64,000 bases of DNA from a virus. Lineage: Duplodnaviria; Caudoviricetes. Shown piece after piece: positions 60,154 through 64,000 of the stretch (position 1 is the first letter of the stretch; each line of letters opens with the position of its first letter). The notes under the pieces were generated by a model. That model saw only the letters and a program-made list of their open reading frames with translations. It did not search any database and was not told where the DNA came from. Where the stretch lies: the IMG/VR virus record IMGVR_UViG_3300020420_001018, positions 1,650 through 65,649 of that record; one strand, written 5' to 3'. The position numbers and the translations under genes were made by a program.

Positions 60154-60369
60154 ATGAATAAAAAATACAAACCAAGATATTATACACCACAAGAGATTGA
60201 TTTTAAAGGTCATCCATTTGTTGGTGTTGAGTGGCCAGTCACAGGATCAACGGGCAACGCCTATGGAGTTGAAATGACTGATCAAGGTTTTGTATGTTCA
60301 TGTATTGGTTTCGCACATCATGGTAAATGTAAACATAGCAGAGAGGTAGCAGAAAAAATATGTCAATAA
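60154..60369 (+). CDS. SWIM zinc-finger protein
   Basis: GSTGNAY.V...CSC.GF...KCKH. Confidence 0.8.
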   Translation: MNKKYKPRYYTPQEIDFKGHPFVGVEWPVTGSTGNAYGVEMTDQGFVCSCIGFAHHGKCKHSREVAEKICQ

Positions 60370-61688
60370 CAACACAATATCCAATCATAGAAGAACTTGA
60401 ATCTAATAATTCAAGATTGTTTAAAGAAGAAGTAATTAAGAGAGAAGCAGAACAAGACAACATTGATTTCTTCGAAGGTTGTAAACTAGCACTTGATCCT
60501 ATGGTGTCATTTGGTGTTAAGCAAGTTCCTGAAAGAAGTGACATCGATGGACAAGGTCTTTCTTGGGGAGAGTTCTGTGATCTTACTGATCAATTGATGA
60601 AACGTGAACTTACTGGTCATGCGGCCAGAGATGCTATTGCTGAAGCAATGTTACAATCACATGATGCAGAATGGAACAAGTGGTATAGACGTATTCTTAT
60701 TAAAGATCTACGTTGTGGTGTTAGTGAAAAGACGATCAACAATGTTGTTAAAAAAGTAAACAAAGATTATACCATACCAGTTTTTAAATGCATGTTGGCA
60801 CACGATTCTGCTAACCATGAAAAGAAATTAGTAGGTGAAAAACTATTAGATTACAAATTAGATGGTGTGAGAGTACTTGCCATATATGATGCTGATTCAG
60901 ATTCGGTTACAATGTATTCAAGAAATGGTAAGCAGTTTATTAACTTTGGTCATATTGAAAAAGAAATAGTTGATACAATTGCAAGTAAGTTTACAGAGTC
61001 GATGGTGTTGGACGGCGAGATGGTATCAAGTTCTTTTCAAGCACTAATGAAACAAGTACACAGAAAAGACAATGTAGAAGCAACAGATGCCAAGTTTGCA
61101 TTGTTTGATGTGCTAACATTGAAAGAATTCAAAGAAGGTGTATCACAAAAGGGTTGTTGGGATAGACACAACCAACTTAAAGAAATACTTGCAGATGCAA
61201 AAGAAGATAGTAATATGTTTGTGGTAGATAAAGTAGAATGTAATTTTGATACTGAAGAAGGACAAAAAACATTTAAAGAATATAATGCAATGGCAATTGA
61301 AAAAGGTTTTGAAGGTATAATGATCAAAGATAGAAATGCACCATACGAAAGCAAAAGAAGTCATTTCATGTTGAAAGCAAAACCTTTTATAGAAGTTTCA
61401 TTAGAAGTGGTTGACACAGAAGAAGGCACAGGTAGGAACGCAGGTAAACTTGGTGCTCTCATTTGTGAAGGTACAGATGATGGAAAGTTTATTAGAGTCA
61501 ATGTTGGCAGTGGACTGACTGATGATAATAGAGATGAATTTTGGGCCGATAAGGATAAACTTATTGGACAGATAGTAGAAGTTAGAGCAGATGCTATAAC
61601 TAAAAATCAAGACGCAGACAACGAGTGGAGTTTGCGATTTCCTAGATTTTTAAGATTTAGAGGTTTTGAAAAAGGAGAAAAGATATGA
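60360..61688 (+). CDS. ATP-dependent DNA ligase
   Basis: KLDGVR, LDGE, FDVL, EGIMIK, LKAK, VGSG, LRFPRF. Confidence 0.95.
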   Translation: MSITTQYPIIEELESNNSRLFKEEVIKREAEQDNIDFFEGCKLALDPMVSFGVKQVPERSDIDGQGLSWGEFCDLTDQLMKRELTGHAARDAIAEAMLQSHDAEWNKWYRRILIKDLRCGVSEKTINNVVKKVNKDYTIPVFKCMLAHDSANHEKKLVGEKLLDYKLDGVRVLAIYDADSDSVTMYSRNGKQFINFGHIEKEIVDTIASKFTESMVLDGEMVSSSFQALMKQVHRKDNVEATDAKFALFDVLTLKEFKEGVSQKGCWDRHNQLKEILADAKEDSNMFVVDKVECNFDTEEGQKTFKEYNAMAIEKGFEGIMIKDRNAPYESKRSHFMLKAKPFIEVSLEVVDTEEGTGRNAGKLGALICEGTDDGKFIRVNVGSGLTDDNRDEFWADKDKLIGQIVEVRADAITKNQDADNEWSLRFPRFLRFRGFEKGEKI

Positions 61689-62065
61689 GACAATTTATAG
61701 TTGATTGTTGGAACGGAGTTATGAACTTTCAGCATAACCCATTGAGACATATTCCAGATTTACAAGTTCGTCATATGGTGATGCAAATACTTGCATTTGT
61801 ATGGTCAGGTGTATTTGCCATATATATTGCAAACAGCATTACGGCATTTGGTATAAGTGCCTTTGCCCATATGGCATTACTTGCCGCAGTTGTATTGACT
61901 GTAGGGTCATTTAGAGTTGCTGAAAAATCACCAGAAACATTTAATTTTTTAAAAGGATATCATAGTTATGGTAGAGGTCGTAATTATGTGATAATGCGAG
62001 ATGAAAAAGGCAATCCGTATAAGCAAAATCTACCACCAAATGATCCAGGAGGAGAACATGAATAA
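61685..62065 (+). CDS. membrane hypothetical protein
   Basis: NPLRHIPD..VRH..MQ.LA; two TM helices. Confidence 0.7.
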   Translation: MRQFIVDCWNGVMNFQHNPLRHIPDLQVRHMVMQILAFVWSGVFAIYIANSITAFGISAFAHMALLAAVVLTVGSFRVAEKSPETFNFLKGYHSYGRGRNYVIMRDEKGNPYKQNLPPNDPGGEHE

Positions 62066-62462
62066 TAAAATAAAATCACAAGCAACCAACACTATCGTTA
62101 CAATAGAAAAAGGTTTGCTAGGTTTGATTGCAATACTAACAGTGATTGCGACAGCACAAGAATTAGTAGATATTGTAAATGCTAGAAAAGTTGATTTAGC
62201 AGATCTATTATTGCTATTCATTTATACAGAGGTGTTGGGAATGATTGGTGTGTTCTATGCAAGTAATAGGATACCAATTACGTTGCCTTTGTTTATTGCT
62301 ATGACGGCCATAGCACGTTTGATAATATTACAAGGTAAGGAAATGGATCCATCTGCATTGATATATGAAGCAAGTGCGATTGCCATTATTGCTTTGGCTT
62401 GTTTGATTATTAGATTTAAGCCGCCATGGACTTACAAATATCAACCAGAAGAAGATGAATAA
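62058..62462 (+). CDS. psiE: phosphate-starvation-inducible PsiE family protein
   Basis: LADLLLLFIYTEVLGM, IPITLPLFIAMTAIARLIIL; AGGAG RBS before MNNK. Confidence 0.85.
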   Translation: MNNKIKSQATNTIVTIEKGLLGLIAILTVIATAQELVDIVNARKVDLADLLLLFIYTEVLGMIGVFYASNRIPITLPLFIAMTAIARLIILQGKEMDPSALIYEASAIAIIALACLIIRFKPPWTYKYQPEEDE

Positions 62463-62593
62463 TGGGAACGTTTACTTTAGCTACTGGTCTTGGTATGTTG
62501 TTTACAGGAATACTCGCAATGGCAATTGGCGGAACAGTTGCTCTTTATATTATAAACAAATATGTCAAATCAAATAAGGAGGATGATGAATAA
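62462..62593 (+). CDS. 43-aa membrane peptide (not in ORF track)
   Basis: MGTFTLATGLGMLFTGILAMAIGGTVALYII...; TAATG coupled. Confidence 0.6.
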   Translation: MGTFTLATGLGMLFTGILAMAIGGTVALYIINKYVKSNKEDDE

Positions 62594-62732
62594 AAAAGAA
62601 TATTGGGAAAAAGTCGAAAAAGACAACGAAGATATAATGACAAGGATGCACCCGGCTGTATTGATACCAGGATACCTAATTGGTTTCACAGTAATTGCAG
62701 GTTGTTTGTTCAAAGGATATATGGGGTGGTAA
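62586..62732 (+). CDS. 48-aa membrane peptide (not in ORF track)
   Basis: MNKKEYWEKVEKDNED...AVLIPGYLIGFTVIAGCLF; AAGGAGG RBS. Confidence 0.6.
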   Translation: MNKKEYWEKVEKDNEDIMTRMHPAVLIPGYLIGFTVIAGCLFKGYMGW

Positions 62733-62923
62733 TGAGAAAAAAGAAATCACACTGGGATATATTTCCTGAAGAACTATTTCAAGGTCTTAGAACAATACTA
62801 ATGGTAACATTTGGCGGTATAGCACTATTCTATGGCGGATATAAATTTCCATACCCAACTGCGATTGTAGTGATGGTTGTTAGTGTAGGTTTTCTAGTAT
62901 GGACAAGAAAGTGGTTTGAATAA
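62732..62923 (+). CDS. small two-TM protein
   Basis: MRKKKSHW...; TAATG-coupled start preferred over 62603. Confidence 0.6.
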   Translation: MRKKKSHWDIFPEELFQGLRTILMVTFGGIALFYGGYKFPYPTAIVVMVVSVGFLVWTRKWFE

Positions 62924-63174
62924 TGAATAATTTATTTAAAACAATTTTGATTTATGAAGTACTTGCATTTGCAATATGGAATATAATGGTAAGAACACAA
63001 TCAGATTATGAAATGTGGTTGTTTGAGAATATACACACAACCATTTATACTATATTAGCATCTTTACTATTAGTGGCAACAATTGTTTATGTGGCAAAAA
63101 CAATTGGACATAAAATAAAAGCACCTAAGATTTTAAAAGAAGATCCTAGGAAACCAAGTGGAGGTACGCAATAA
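62923..63174 (+). CDS. small membrane protein
   Basis: 83 aa, two hydrophobic segments. Confidence 0.6.
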   Translation: MNNLFKTILIYEVLAFAIWNIMVRTQSDYEMWLFENIHTTIYTILASLLLVATIVYVAKTIGHKIKAPKILKEDPRKPSGGTQ

Positions 63175-63362
63175 TGTTAAAAGCATGGAGTCCTTTCTTA
63201 GTGGCAGTTATTATTTCAGCAACATTAATTTGTGGAATAGTTTTTACTGATTATCCTGAGAAATGGTTTAGACACAATATGACTTGTGATGGGTCGATTG
63301 GCGGCGGATGTGTTTGTACTGAAGAGTCAAATAGTTTATTATGCAATATTAAAAACAGTTAG
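63174..63362 (+). CDS. small membrane protein with Cys motif
   Basis: TM helix then CDGSIGGGCVC. Confidence 0.6.
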   Translation: MLKAWSPFLVAVIISATLICGIVFTDYPEKWFRHNMTCDGSIGGGCVCTEESNSLLCNIKNS

Positions 63363-63370
63363 GAGAAATA

Positions 63371-63544
63371 ATGGACGCACAATACATAAACGATAAGTTA
63401 AATAGGTTAAAAGAAGAAAGAAAAGAGTTGAGTTCTCAATTGCAATATGCCTTCAATGATGCTACAATAGAAAGACTAGAAGAAGAGATCAGAGAATTAG
63501 ATCACACAATACAAGTAGTGTCAGGATGGAAACCAAATGAGTGA
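63371..63544 (+). CDS. small coiled-coil protein (57 aa, not in ORF track)
   Basis: AGGAG RBS; MDAQYINDKLNRLKEERKEL... Confidence 0.6.
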   Translation: MDAQYINDKLNRLKEERKELSSQLQYAFNDATIERLEEEIRELDHTIQVVSGWKPNE

Positions 63545-63800
63545 AATTATAAACATTAGAGAGCATCAGATTAAAAGAAAACATAAAAACTTAAAGTCAG
63601 CTGACGCAGTAACTAAAAGTAGTGTAGAAGCTTTGCTACATAAACTGCACGATCTAGATTTTCCAATTGAAGATTCACATTTCCAACAAGATCTTGCATT
63701 GGCATTTAAGTTCATTCATGCCGCTATATCAAAACATTATGGATTAGATAATCCTTTTTATAGTGCTATTGATAAATTTAAAAAAGATATTAAATGGTAA
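63537..63800 (+). CDS. hypothetical protein
   Basis: 87-aa ORF. Confidence 0.6.
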   Translation: MSEIINIREHQIKRKHKNLKSADAVTKSSVEALLHKLHDLDFPIEDSHFQQDLALAFKFIHAAISKHYGLDNPFYSAIDKFKKDIKW

Positions 63801-63801
63801 A

Positions 63802-64000
63802 ATGATTACCAAAGAAGAATATCAAAATTTAAAAGAATATTACGATCATCAACGATTACGAGAATACAACAAAGAAAAAGTATACAACGATATAAAAGAA
63901 TTCTTAGATCGAGTAGAAAAAATGACCAAAGAAGAAGGTGAAGAAAATCCTTTGGAAAACAGTTTAGAAGAAATGGCTTCTCAAGTATGGGCGAAAATGG
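63802..64000 (+). CDS. hypothetical protein (3' truncated by window)
   Basis: Open frame MITKEEYQNLKEYYDHQRLREYNKE... runs to the window end. Confidence 0.55.
   Translation, partial: MITKEEYQNLKEYYDHQRLREYNKEKVYNDIKEFLDRVEKMTKEEGEENPLENSLEEMASQVWAKM

Noticed and set aside
62603-62731. N-terminal part of track ORF 62603-62923
   Set aside because: Region is better explained by a 48-aa ORF in another frame with an RBS; true start is probably 62732

Overview
A 64-kb, AT-rich, densely coding segment, almost entirely on the + strand, read in the standard bacterial code. It is best explained as part of a large T4-like (jumbo) myovirus genome. Phage evidence: UvsW-like helicase, gp62-like clamp-loader subunit, gp61-like primase, gp41-like helicase, PAAR and tail proteins, NrdAB, ThyX, ATP-dependent DNA ligase, TATAAATA late-promoter motifs beside sigma70 promoters, and five CCA-encoding tRNAs. 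The host-like cargo is very large and scattered out of its normal operons. It covers translation (uL11, IF3, bS21, Csp, Smr), proteolysis (two ClpP, ClpX, ClpS, Hsp20), Fe-S supply (SufB, short SufD, Nfu, SufT, FdxA), energy and membrane functions (lone cytochrome b, ExbB/ExbD-like trio, SbmA) and metabolism (NadE, SpeD, MTAN, QueD, Leu/Val dehydrogenase, ALDH7). There are also five radical-SAM enzymes, four of them clustered with an amidinotransferase, a methyltransferase and a glycosyltransferase-like gene. The cargo resembles alphaproteobacterial genes, so a low-GC marine host such as SAR11 is inferred, not proven. Most unusual signals: two CDSs use tRNA positions 8-10 (UAG) as their stop codon; a 194-aa miniature DnaE keeps all catalytic motifs; a preQ1-I-like pseudoknot precedes queD; an A9 -1 frameshift candidate sits in a membrane-protein gene. 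All calls come from motif recognition by eye; no searches were run.
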